The notes under the pieces: generated by a model
Databases searched by the model: none
Told to the model about the DNA's origin: nothing
The model's input: only the letters and a program-made list of their open reading frames with translations
Position numbers and translations under genes: made by a program
Part shown: positions 25,063-37,377 of the stretch, piece by piece
Layout: each line of letters opens with the position of its first letter
Numbering within the stretch: position 1 is the stretch's first letter
Source of the DNA: Psilocybe cubensis
Lineage: Eukaryota
DNA length: 64,000 bases
Assembly: GCA_017499595.2 (NCBI GenBank)
Contig: CM038998.1
Coordinates: forward strand, 868,001 to 932,000
Reading direction: 5' to 3'

Positions 25063-28000
25063 CTAACAGCATTTCCACCAAGTCTTTTTACGCGTCCGAT
25101 CTTTGTCCTCTTCCTTGACATTGTTCTCTTTAATAACCTTCAAGAAGACACTTTCCAATGACGCCTTTTCCACGGTATATTCAGACGATCCATCATCGTG
25201 TGATGATAGAACCCCAAACAACTTCGCCAGCGAACACCCTCGACCGTCGTTGATAGAAATTATTGAACCGTCTTCGGATGTAGAATCGATAGAACTCATC
25301 GGAACCTCGAAGCGGGTGGCAACGTCGTCCGCCATCGTCGCCCCAGGGATTTGGGCCATGATAGACCGTGCTTTAACAACATCCTCCCGGGTGCGGCATG
25401 AGAAATGGACTTCGTACACGGGATACCGCTCAGAGAGAGATGCAGTCGTTCCTACCGCTAATGGACGGATTTGACGTTAGAATTTGTTAGCCATAGGTCT
25501 ATGGAAGCAATCTTACCGAGTATACGTTTTGCTAGTATACCGACGCAGTTGGCGAGAGCAGATGCCTCTTCCATCGAGTCTAACCATAAGCCTCAATGGT
25601 AAACAAACTATGGCCAAACGTCTGATGCGTAGCACTCACGAGTTGTGATGAGAATAGCCTTCCCAGATGACACCTTTCGCAAGGTTTCCCACATCTCTCG
25701 CTTCATCTTGGGATCAACACCAGAAGAGAACTCGTCGATTAAAACCACGGAAGGATTACCCAAAAGTGCAATGGCCAGCGACAGCTTCCTTTGGTTGCCT
25801 CCTGAGAGTTTGTTGGCCATCCTGTCCGCATACATATGCAATGAAGTGCCCTGCAGAATCATATTGACAGATTCGTCCAATTCGCGACCCCATTTTAACC
25901 CTTTCAGACGTCCGTATATGACCAAATGTTCTCTAACTGTAAGCTGAGAATCAATGGCCGTAAACTGGGGACAAACGCCCAAAGCTAATCGCGCCAAGCG
26001 TGGGTGGTGAAGGACAGAATGACCATCAATGAACACATCGCCAGCATCAGGCGAGATATCTCCACCTATTTTCAATACGTGTCAACCAGAGAGACTTTTG
26101 TAAAATAAACAAATAAACGCACGTATCATGTTAAATGTTGTCGTTTTGCCTGCACCATTGGGTCCAAGGAGGGCATAAATTGTATCCCTTTCGACGGAAA
26201 TATTGACGTCGTCTGTAACACTCTTGTGTTTGAATTTTTTGGAGACTCCAGACACTTCCAGAAGGCTTGTTGAAGATACAGAAGAGCCTTTTTCATCAGC
26301 ATCGATCTTCTTAGATGGAAGGCTGAGAATATGCGAAGCCTTTGATCTTGGTCGTGGTCTCTTCCTCAGAGACGCCAGAGATATTGACCCAGATCCTAAC
26401 CAAACTAAGATCGAAAATAGACCAATAGCGTAAAGTACCAAATATAGGATTGGGCCTCCCAGCTTGGTGAGAGATAGGAGATACCTTGTTCCAGCAAAAT
26501 TGGTTCCTCGACACCCCAGTGAGAACATGTTCACAGATACAAGGGCTGCACGAGTCTGCGGATTTTGTCAGGAAACATTTTGAAGGATTAAGAGGGACAC
26601 TGACAATGCTCGTAACGGGAGAAATGAAGGAAGTCGAGAAATGAACTATCGTCACCAAGCGGGAAGATTTCAGAATTGGAGCAAACGTGAAAATAGCCAT
26701 GTATGCCGTAAGATATAGCTGTAGATAATGAAACTGAGCATTTCATGGATGACCTTCAAAATTAAGTTGAGTCTTACGATGAATGTGACGAATTGGTATC
26801 CTGCAACCAAGGCAAATGCAGCCAATGGGGATGACACCAAGAACGAAAGACAGTACGCGAATAAATTAGCAGTTATACCGTAGAGAAAAAAGATGAGCCA
26901 CTGCGTAATTTGGTCAATGATCATAGATATTTCATTCACAGAGCTACTGGACTCACTAAATATCCAAGTCCACGGAACTGGTCAGAAACGAGAGCGAAAA
27001 CGATAACGATGATTGTTGAAAGGAGTGTAGAAATTATGGTGTCAAACATCAGGTGCCCCAGCCACAACCCGATGGGGTTGCACAGGCCATTCGAGAACTG
27101 CATCGCCTGAACGGAAGAGGCACGTTCCCTTGAGACATAGAGAGCCGAAAAGGCCGGATATACCGCCTTGATATGGATAAGCCAACCAGAAAACCATGTA
27201 AGAGCATCGCACATACCATGACGGCCCCAAAAAAGAAAATCCATTTTAAATAAAAAAGCGTAGCGGCAGTGAGCTTGTTGAACATGATATACTGGCCCTG
27301 TATGAGGCTTGGTAGTGAAGCTGCTCCACCAGTTGAATTAAGTGCATCGTTCAAGAGAATGTTACTTGCAAGATTGAGTGTTGTCAGAGCCTTGTATCCA
27401 GGTGCTGTGGCTTCCCATGCTACTGTTGATTCACCTGTAGTTTGGTTTATATATATACCACCTAAGGACATGTTACGGTCGTTCGTGTAGTCCTGAAAAC
27501 TCGCATAGTCCGGAAGATATGTAACTGACAAAACATCTGTGCTGCGCCCAAGCGTGGAAACGATGCCTGGTGGTGATGCGTACAATCCATCAGTAGCCGA
27601 CTTGTTGGCCATCGTCAAAAGTAGAGGAGAATTAGGAAGATACAGGGGAGTTGGTGGGACAATGTCGCCAAGGGGTGGAGTGCAAGATTGTTCTCGCCCG
27701 TTTATCATGAGAAGGGGTATACACGATCCGGCGACCGCAACGAGTACGGTGAGCAGAGGAGTTAGCCAACTTCGTTTCGCTATCAAGGTGCGTTTATGGA
27801 ATATGGTTATCGCCTGCCTAAAGGGAGACACTTGCCGCCCAGAGGGCAGATCCATGGTCAGGTCAGACACCTTTTCCACAGGTTCCGTAAGAGTGTCTGC
27901 GGTAGAACTATTAAGTGACAGTTTCCCGGAGACTTGATTTTCGTTCATCACATTTAGGAAGACATCCTCAATGGTCGTTCCCATAAGATCGTACGAAGAA

Positions 28001-30921
28001 ATTGTGCCAAGAGTTTTGGCGTTATCGAGAACGTCGAGGACGCGGGTGACAGTATTAGCATCCCTGGTTTTAAGATGATAGCAAACGAGTTGGGGTGAGA
28101 TCGTCGAAGAACATGCTTGTGGGACAATCTCCTGAATGGAATCTAGGATGCCATCCGTGACTTCCGAAGGATATTCGGCCTTGGAAATATCGATAGAGAC
28201 ATGAACAGAATATCCCTGGCCGAATTCTCTTTTCAGTGTAACAGGAGACCCGGAAGCTACGACCTTTCCGGGAGGGGCGAGAATGGCAATGTAATCAGCC
28301 AGTAAATCGGCTTCGTCAAGGAACTATGTAAGTGTTAGAATATTCATAACTTGGAACGTTTAGATAATTTGACTCACATGAGTAGTAAAGATAATTGCTC
28401 GATCTTCGCGGAATCGTAACATAGTTTTCCATATTGCCCGTCTACTAAGAGGATCAACCCCAGATGTACACTCGTCAACTAAAACGACTAAGAAATATGG
28501 GTAAGTTACGTGTTGTTCGTTGTTGGACAGCGACATTACGTACTTTTAGACCCGCCAAGGAGGCCAATGGCAAGTTGTAATTTACGCTTCTGGCCACCCG
28601 ATAAAGTCGCGGCATTGGCGTTGATTTTCGCTCCCAAGTCACAGTCCCGCAGCAATTGCTCTATATCCTCATCGTGCTCAGACGTCTCGGACCATTTGAC
28701 GGATTTCCAAACCCGCAGAGTTTGCAAGCACGTCAACTCAGGAAATAAAACATTCTTCTGTGGGACAATTCCCATTACACCTCTGGGAGGTCGATGATGG
28801 CCACCTTCAAAAAGAACACTGCCAGAAGAGATACTCGATAACCCAGCCACTACAGAAAGCGTGGTAGATTTCCCGGCGCTACGAAGGTCGCGAAGTACGA
28901 AGCCGCAGTAAGAACCTTGATGACTAAGTAAACGGACAAGAACCCCTACCCGTTTGAGCCCAGCATGACGTAGATCCCGGTCTTGGGCACATCCAGGCTA
29001 AGGTCCATAACCGCAGTCACCTCGTTCTTAGGTCCAAAAAATTTCCAAGCCTTGTAAACCTTGGAGAGGTTGCGAATCGAAAACGCGACGTTATCAGGAA
29101 CCTGTGGGGTGACCGTGGCAAGTTCAGTTTCTTGCTCCTTTAGGGTTCGTTTTCCCCAGAAGGCCCAGGGGAGTTTGACGTGTGATTGACGCCTTGAGGT
29201 TTGTTGGTGCACGTCATGCAAGCGCCTTTCCAATAAGACTGCGAGATAAGGCCACAAAAATATGTTAACCTACCAAAGCAACATTTATGAGTTGACCAAC
29301 GAAGAGTATTACACGAACCGACTCACGATTGCTGCGCATAGCATAGGAAGAACTATGATACCCCTATCCGGATCACCTTTCAACACGTCAACCGCAGTCT
29401 GATGGTTCTCATATCCACATATGGCCTTGAGAGCAAAGATGTAGAACGATGGTGGAAAAATTACGGCAAAAACAACCATAGGCGCCGTACGATTGATGTC
29501 TAACACCAGGCCCAAAAGCGCAAAGATAATTGCGAGGAAGGTGGATATGATGGCGGCCAGTTGAGGACTGGTGGAGAATGGGGCCGCAGTTATGAACGAC
29601 CAGCTAGCCAACACCAACCCCAGAAGTATGTGCAAAAAAATGATCAAAACGATACTCGTTTTGATAAATATCAAGAATTTCCATGTTATGGCAACCGCAG
29701 TCCATGCTGGAAGGTAGGTGAGGGATATGCTGATATGCCAGGATCTGAGGTTTTGACACCAATAAGTCAAACAAAAAAGAGTCGAGGAGGATAACGCTCA
29801 CAAAATCCTTGCGGAGTCCAAGAGGCCCATTGCCTTCATATGCGACGTAATCAGGAGCGCGCGCTCACTCGCCACAGAACCAGGGATTTGATAAGACACT
29901 CCCACAAAACAAAGGAAACTAAATTTAATCATTGAAGTGGCATACAGAGAACGAAGGTCAGCAATACTTACAACGCTAGAGCAATAATTTCCCGTATTCC
30001 TCGGATATAACCTGAAGGATGCGCAGCAATGAAAAAAATCGAATCGCAACGATAGTTTACGAGAACGTACTGAGACGATATCGGGTGCTCTGATCTTCGT
30101 TGGTGTAGTTAGAGTAAGGCCACTCCATCGGCGTCGCTTGACGAATGCCAGTCCGCAGCTCGATGATTGCCTGAACCTGATGTCAGGGCCAATGTCTGAC
30201 AGAAATTTCATTATATTACCTTGTCTAAGGCCCATTGTAGCGGGAGAATCCGCTTCTCAAAATCGCTGCCATGGTTTGTCAATTCGATATAGCTGAGCCC
30301 GGCGTCGGCAAATATTGTGTAGTTCACAATAGCCTGAAAAACAGCCGGAGCGCTCGCATCCAAAGCAAAACTGTCGGAAAATCCGACACCGGCGAAGCAT
30401 GACGACAAGCCGTTGAAATTCTGAGGGCAGGACTGTCGTATATCGTCCATGGTATCCAGTCGTCTGACCATTGAAAGCTGCTTTGGAGTGAAGTCGGCTG
30501 TTATTCGAGAAATGATATCGGTAGGTGATGGATTGGATGTCCCATTCGTCTCGTCCGCCCATAGAAATACACCTTGGTTTTCGTACTGACGTTGCAAGGG
30601 AAGAATCTCCGCTGGACCTTGGACTCCATACTGAAAAAATTAGGCCAGAGATGTCAATTCAAGCATGTAAAACGATGGAAACGAGACGCACATTGTTGAA
30701 TCTATGGAAAAATAGTTGAGCATAACCAAGAAATATGCCGTATCCAACAGGAAGTATCAAGCAACGAAGGAGAGTCGTCTAAGGGTTTGGAGAACGATTG
30801 AATCAGACAATTAAAATGTCTTAAATTACCAACAACTCACTATCCAGTGTCTCGATAGGACTATCCAATTTTTCCATATGAGTGCCCGAAGTTGAAGCCA
30901 AAGTAATCGAAGAAAAGCCAT
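25063..30921 (-). CDS. Full-size ABCA-subfamily ABC transporter, paralog 1
   Basis: ABCA-type N-terminus [19 protein letters not shown]; two NBDs ([57 protein letters not shown]); C-terminal SLESVFL motif. Confidence 0.93.
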
Positions 30922-32896
30922 GAGAGAGGGTTCTTGGTCCCCCAAATCAAGCGGTTTCCCAACGGTGATAATGAGGGTAGGGGGGTGTACGAGTCGCAGA
31001 AAACAATGTTTAAGAATTCTCCGCAGTTCATATATAACAAGACTCGATGTCACGATTTGGATTCGGCCTACGTCTTCGATCAGGGTGATTTCTTTCCTAG
31101 TTTGATTTGCAGTTAGATAACGACCCTCGCGAGAGTTTTGGAACGCCTTGTGGCGGAGGTTGTTAGCCGTTCCTTGCGCAGTCGCTGCAATATTTGCTTG
31201 TCCATTTGGGGCTCGATGACAATTGCAACACTCGTGTTTTTATTCTGATATTCTGCCGATGTAACCTGGTGAAAATGTCAGTCTCAGTTTGACGGTGGTG
31301 ACTGAACTTTGGTTTTCTTCAAAAATTCCAACCTTTTCCACCAGTATCGCTACATAAAGGGGATAAACCTTCGCGCTGAAGTCCGATGCGCTCTATGAGA
31401 GATACCTTGCCATAGAACACGGATGGGATATAACTGTCGTGTTCATCCTGTACCATCAGCAATCATTTCTCCTTGCCTAAACTTATTTTTTCATGTTTTT
31501 GAAGAACGGACATTATTGCGTTATTCTCCAATGTTATTATGGACAGCACCCTCAAGATCACTGAGTGTGCGTCTTCTGAAAATAAATTTAGCTAGATACG
31601 ATATGCGTATGGGTTGGACGGGAAGGGTGGTAATACGTGAATGATGTGCGCACATGATCGCAGAGACGCTGCGGCTGGTCCACTGGTAAGGGCATCATGA
31701 CGGTTCAAAGCAGGTTCAAGCAGGTTCCAATGAACTTTGGTCGCGCTTGGTATGTATGTAATGTGCTTGTTCTTGTTTGGTCTGTGAATTTTGGGTTTCT
31801 GCACTGCCACTCAAAGACGCCGATCCCCGATCCCGTCTCTTCTTTGAGCATCTTTGAGATGGATGGGCGTTTAGCATGGCCAAACGACCTGCACGAGAAC
31901 GCGTTGCACATTCACACGCACACTGGGGACATATAGTGCACTGGGCATTTCATGATAATTTGGTTGCCAGTCGCAGAATTACTGCGGTGGAGGAGGATGG
32001 AGGTTGTGCCGACAAGATTGTCAAAACCACTGATTGCCGGTGAAATCCGACAATTTGAGACCAAGAGACTGCCAAACAACGGGTCAATCCAACGAGACTC
32101 GATTACAGCAGCCAGCTCAAACCATTGATGATAACCCAATCTCAAGATCGCGTCAAAGGGTAGGATGACACAGATACAAAAGTTTCTCTGATTACACCGA
32201 CCAGTTCACTAACTATCCATTCGTCTAGAGTTGACTGAACCTGAAGTGCTACATCCGTTTATAGATAGGAGCGATTGAACTTCCTGAAGCTTCACATAAG
32301 ATTATTATCGTCAGCCTTTGGGACCTTCCACCATTAGCACAGTATCTCATCCACAACATATGCATAGACATATCCTGTTTGTCCCAGGCCTCCTGCTCAG
32401 TAAGCTTCAATAAGCGCCGAGTCCCTCCAGAGTTGGTATTTGAAAGCTCAATCCAAAAAACAACCTGTCCACGCAAGTCCGACATCGACTTCCTCTTCAC
32501 GCTTCACGACTGTGCTCAAACCGTACTTGTCAGTCAATTTCGGCCCGGGGACACATTTGTACCGAGTGATGACAGGAAGGGCATGTTCCCGATTATTCTG
32601 TGTAGTTTGCATCATGGAAGAGTCAAATGCACAGTATTATTGATAGCTTCGGGCAGTGTATAATGCTACTCAAGACGGAGGCAGAGAGGGACATAAATGT
32701 CATGACGGGTGTCGGAATCTGATGACGAGATTGTGCGATTCACGTGCACACGTGACCGCTCACCAATCAAGTCGGCCACCCGTAATCTGAGTCCAAAGAA
32801 TATAAAAACTGGAGATTTCCTCAGCATTTAAGTTCCTCACTCCCTCAACTCCGCTCACACAGTCACATATACCAACTCCCTTTATCCACACTCACA

Positions 32897-33407
32897 ATGG
32901 TTGTCAAAGCTATCACCTCCCTCGCTGAATTCAGGACCCTGGTCTGTTCTTCTTTCCCAATCTCGCCTAGATCAGGATTAATCAGCATGCATGCCTTTTG
33001 ATTACAGGTCAACAGCGGAAAGCCCATCCTTGTCGACTTCTGGGCTACCTGGTGCGGTCCTTGCAAGGCCGTCTCTCCTATCTTTGAGCGATTCTCCAAT
33101 GATGCTCCCAACGGCATCGAATTCTACAAGGTCGATGTTGACGCGCAGGCCGACATTGCTCAGGAAGTAGGCGTCCGTGCTGTAAGTCCTCCTTGTCCTA
33201 CTGTCACTGCAGATTAGAACTGCTCTAATTGACCTACGATAATATAGATGCCTACATTTTATCTTTTCAAGGGTGGCAACAAGGAGGGCGAAGTAGTTGG
33301 CGCCCGCCCACAGGAACTTGAAGTAAGTCTGAATCCATCTAACGTTTTGTACACGATCTCACGGCACATGCTAGGCTCTTGTCAAGAAGGGCGCGTCTCT
33401 GATCTAA
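32897..33407 (+). CDS. TRX1: Cytosolic thioredoxin (4 exons)
   Basis: MVVKAITSLAEFRTL|VNSGKPILVDFWATWCGPCKAVSP...KVDVD...EVGVRA|MPTFYLFKGG...|ALVKKGASLI*; WCGPC active site; TATAAAA at ~32801. Confidence 0.95.
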
Positions 33408-34031
33408 AGGGATTTTGCATCAACAACTGTAATTTTATGGATTCTATCAGTCTCTTATGGCGTAATTAAATGAATTTGAAGTAACTTCAAGCAAAAGTAG
33501 AGGCATTGCGTGATCACGAAGCCTGTCTCTATTAATATTAAGGCAGAGAGGAGGAGTTGACACGTTGAATTTTTCCGAACACACACAAAGCCATGTTACA
33601 ATGATAAAATGTCCAAATCGGCATAATCATATCCTCCGGATTCAACAAGAGATGAGTACGAGGTGGGATGTAATTAAGAATGTTAAGGTTGTGCAAATAA
33701 AGTGAATCATTACTCAACTGCAGAGTTACGAACACAGCTTGCCGAATGTACAGAGAGAATCAATAGTATCCCAATGGAAACTGTCCGATGAGAACATATA
33801 TGGTGTAGATATATGCGCTGGGCGCGTATGTCGGGAGACCCGGTTCTTAGAACATAAAGCCGAATGGTCTAAACCATAATTTCAATGTAGTTAAAAGAGG
33901 CACTGCCAAATACATATGGATAAGCGCCTGGCCAGATAAAATCCCGTTTGTTGAAAGAGGGAATGACTTAATGGCTAAAAACGCTAGTATGTGGCATGCG
34001 GAGTGGTTATTAAACAGTTGTGTGAGCTGAC

Positions 34032-35321
34032 CTAAATCTGCTCTAGGCCAGCCAAGTCTTCAAACCACGATACGACGGCTGCGACCTTGCGCACACAGGG
34101 CTCGCTGATCCCCAAACGTAGATCAGGCCGCATCCTCCCATCTTCGTGGGAATAAGGCATAGTGCGATAGCAAATGGTTAGGATCGATTTCAGGTAGGGC
34201 GACGCGGATAAGGTGATTGACGCTGCAGGATCACAGGAGGCCATAACATCTAATTGGAAACATAAAGGCTCAGCCTGAAAAAGAGCAGAAACAAAGGAAT
34301 AGGAGGAGATACATACTCTCTAGGTGCACGATATCCCCCCGTTTCGTTGCAACCGCTTTGCCCGCACCGCCCCAATCCTCAGCAATTTCTCTCCACGCAG
34401 TGAGTTTGCAGACTGTTCCCTCCTCGTCACCCAATACTATTTTGAGAATGGACACCTCCTTCCCGGCCTCAGCTCCGTTTTTGATACGAATTGTATCGGG
34501 ACCTTCGACCTCCAACACGGCGAGTAGACAACTGATTTTGACCGACCCTTTGAACTTTCTTTCAACGAGGGAGGAAAGAGACGTGAGAGTGTGTAGATTA
34601 AAATGAAAGGAAGGAAAACGGGCAATCGATGAGGCGTCAGAGTAGTTACCAAAAGATTGGGACTCTGGGTCTTGCGTCTCCAGAAACCGCGACTGAGATT
34701 CAGCCGAAGCTTGCGTTTCAGGAGGTGAAGTTTGAGGAGGTTCTGAGCCGCGGCGAAGGAGGGACGAGTTGGAGCCTAATGAGGATGATGTGTCTAATAG
34801 GAAAGAAGGGGCATTGAAGCTATCTTTCGATTCATCAAGCTCGTCATCTACGGGTCGACTCGGTGGCCACGAAATTAGGGTAGTCTGTTCTATTTCATGG
34901 TCTCATCATTTAGCATGGTAAAGCAGATCGACATCCAAGGCTCACCTTTGCCTCGAAAGACGGACACTTCAGCAGTATGTTCGGCAGGCACACCAGAATA
35001 TTCTCCCTGTGTCCCATCAATGTTGTCGGTCGCAAAGCTTTCCTCCACAGGATCCTCTGGACCCTCACTGAATACTAAATCTTTGTAAATTAACGATATC
35101 CGTCGACTTGCCTCTTCCAAGGTAGCAAGAGGAATAACAATAGAGGACTGGATCAAACGACTTTCAGACGTCCCTTGGGTAGGATATAAGAAAGATTTCG
35201 TAGATTTAGTGAGTTTCAATGCGATCCCTGAGCTGTTCGAAGAAACGGTTCGCCATGAGTAGGTGCTGGGGTCGTTATTGATCTCAGACAACGAAGGAGC
35301 TCCTAAAAAGACTCTATACAT
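34032..35321 (-). CDS. OB-fold protein resembling shieldin subunit 2 (SHLD2/FAM35A) N-terminus plus first OB fold
   Basis: MYRVFLGAP...YSWRTV N-terminus; Ser/Glu-rich linker with ETQ/ESQ repeats; OB-like KISCLLAVLEVEGPDTIRIKNGAEAGKEVSILKIVLGDEEGTVCKLTAWREIAEDW...KRGDIVHLE; 3 exons. Confidence 0.75.
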
Positions 35322-35701
35322 CTCAGGCAGAGCGTATGTATGGAGGAGGGACAAATGACAAGGGAAGAATGTGCTTTCATTGTGACTGGGTGAAATGTAG
35401 CTGCACAGACGCGGCACTTTATTGGCAAACAGCAGATCGTGGGTAAAAAATTAAGAGTCCGATCGTGCAGCGCACCTTGCCGTCTAGAACTTGAGTCAAG
35501 GGGTAAGAAAACTAAATCACTACTCGGCGAAGCTCTGAGAAACCCTCCGTACGCGTCAGTACTTTAACATTCGTAATAAAGGCAGACCGTCTGTGTTAAA
35601 GTGTCGATGTACAAGGTATTATTCGATTTTCAATGCTTATAGTTTGTCGGCGACCTATAAGAGTCAAATCAGTTGGTAGAAACCCCGAAAGATTACTTGA
35701 T

Positions 35702-37161
35702 TACGGTTGCCGCCTCAAACATGGTCTAACTTTCTTGCAGATCGTCGAATCTGAGTCCGTTTTTGTTAATCGGGGTCCCTTCCTCGTGGCATAACTCTCC
35801 GTTACCTTTGTGACACCTTTTATAGCTTTACAATCTCCGACACTGTACATGTTCTGCCGACCGCCGAGGCTATGAACAATCTAGTGCCATTACCGAAGTG
35901 TTACTGGCTGCTGGCACATGAGCCTGAGCAAAATTGAAGTTGAAGTTAGAGTACCAGAATTATTCTATCAGTTTAATATGTAGAGCTAAGTTTGTATTAT
36001 ATGCATTATGGGAGGTCAGAGTAGACGATTCAAACGCAGAGGTGATTCTCCTCATCAGAAGCGTGGGAAGACGCAGAATCGCCTCTTGCTGACTCGCCTC
36101 TGAATCGTTGAAGCGGCTCCGGACGCGCTTCAACGATTCTGCATCTATGAATACAATAAATTACAATTTCCAATTAAAAGAAGCCACTGGGCTGTTAGTA
36201 CGGCTGTGTTTTGCCATATTGGATAACGAGTCTGCTTTTCAGTTGCAGAGGTTACAAGTGAATTGACAAATTAGTAGTCCTGGCTCATGCTGCTAAGGCG
36301 TAATCGACACTCACTTCCGTTTGTTAAGACTCAAAATTAAATATTCCGTGTACGAGTCGAAGGTTTCCTCTTTTTCATCGTTCAACAACATGTCAAGGTT
36401 TCAATGTTTTTATTCGTTTTTTTTCGTTGCCTCAGCGGTTCGAACCTGACAATAGAAATGGAAACAAACCCCCAAGTTTATCAGAACACGAGGCAGAAAC
36501 AAGCAAAAACTTAAATTGAAGGGTGATCGGGTTTCCATGTTGCTTGTATCCTATGTCCAATTTCTGAGTCACATTCACACTTTCTGGTAAAGCACCGTTT
36601 TATAATGTGAAAAATGACATTTCTCATAGTCCAATTTATGAGCAATATATAATACAACCTAATTAACCTACTCGTAAGCTGTGTAGAATAAGGGCCAAAT
36701 TTTACAGCATAGGAATACGCTGGAAGACAGCGTTGTACACCACCGACTTAAACAAACACACAAAATGCTCCATCTAAACGGGGACATGGTGGCATGCCTG
36801 TCTCAAGGTTGGAGGGTATATGTAGCCGACGGCAAGGGGGGTGTAATACATGGTGACTTGAGGGTGTTGTACAGCATGATAAGAAATTGTACTCACCTGC
36901 TTTGGCCTGTATGTCAACCTGTTAGTGAACGAGGAGGTGGTGTGAGGGCATTTCGGAGAAGGGCCTCCAGCCGCTCACAGAGTGGTTGAAACTCCGACTC
37001 CCCCCGAGCCGGCCAACCACAGTCACACACTAGAGGGCCTGAACAGCAGTTCTACCTGACGTGACAAACAGGAAAGTAACGCAGTGCCAGGACCCCCACC
37101 CACCGCTTCTTGATAGCGGAACAGTTGCCTTATGTAGACCATGTTTGAGGCGGCAACCGTA
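35702..37161. mobile_element. Non-autonomous TIR DNA transposon, 1460 bp
   Basis: Perfect 27-bp inverted repeats TACGGTTGCCGCCTCAAACATGGTCTA (35702-35728) and its reverse complement (37135-37161); CTTGAT directly flanks both ends; no long internal ORF. Confidence 0.85.
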
Positions 37162-37377
37162 CTTGATGATCATCACTCAAAAATGAAATATAGGCACATT
37201 GAAGCGTAAGCGATATATTGACGTAAAACTACAATAAAGATGTCATGATACGAATGCTTTTAAAATCATAAATGAAATATGGGATCGTAAGGTATAGTCT
37301 AAAATGAATAGGGTTTGATGAAACTCGGAGTATCAGCTGCTCCCCAGTCTGAAATAGAAACACACGTGCAATGTGGT

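Noticed and set aside
31400-32660. Degraded F-box-like pseudogene (WLPVAELLRWRR)
   Set aside because: Single weak motif and no consistent exon chain.
36900-37134. Structured ncRNA (SRP, RNase P/MRP)
   Set aside because: GC-rich, but no diagnostic conserved motifs were found; it lies inside the TIR element.
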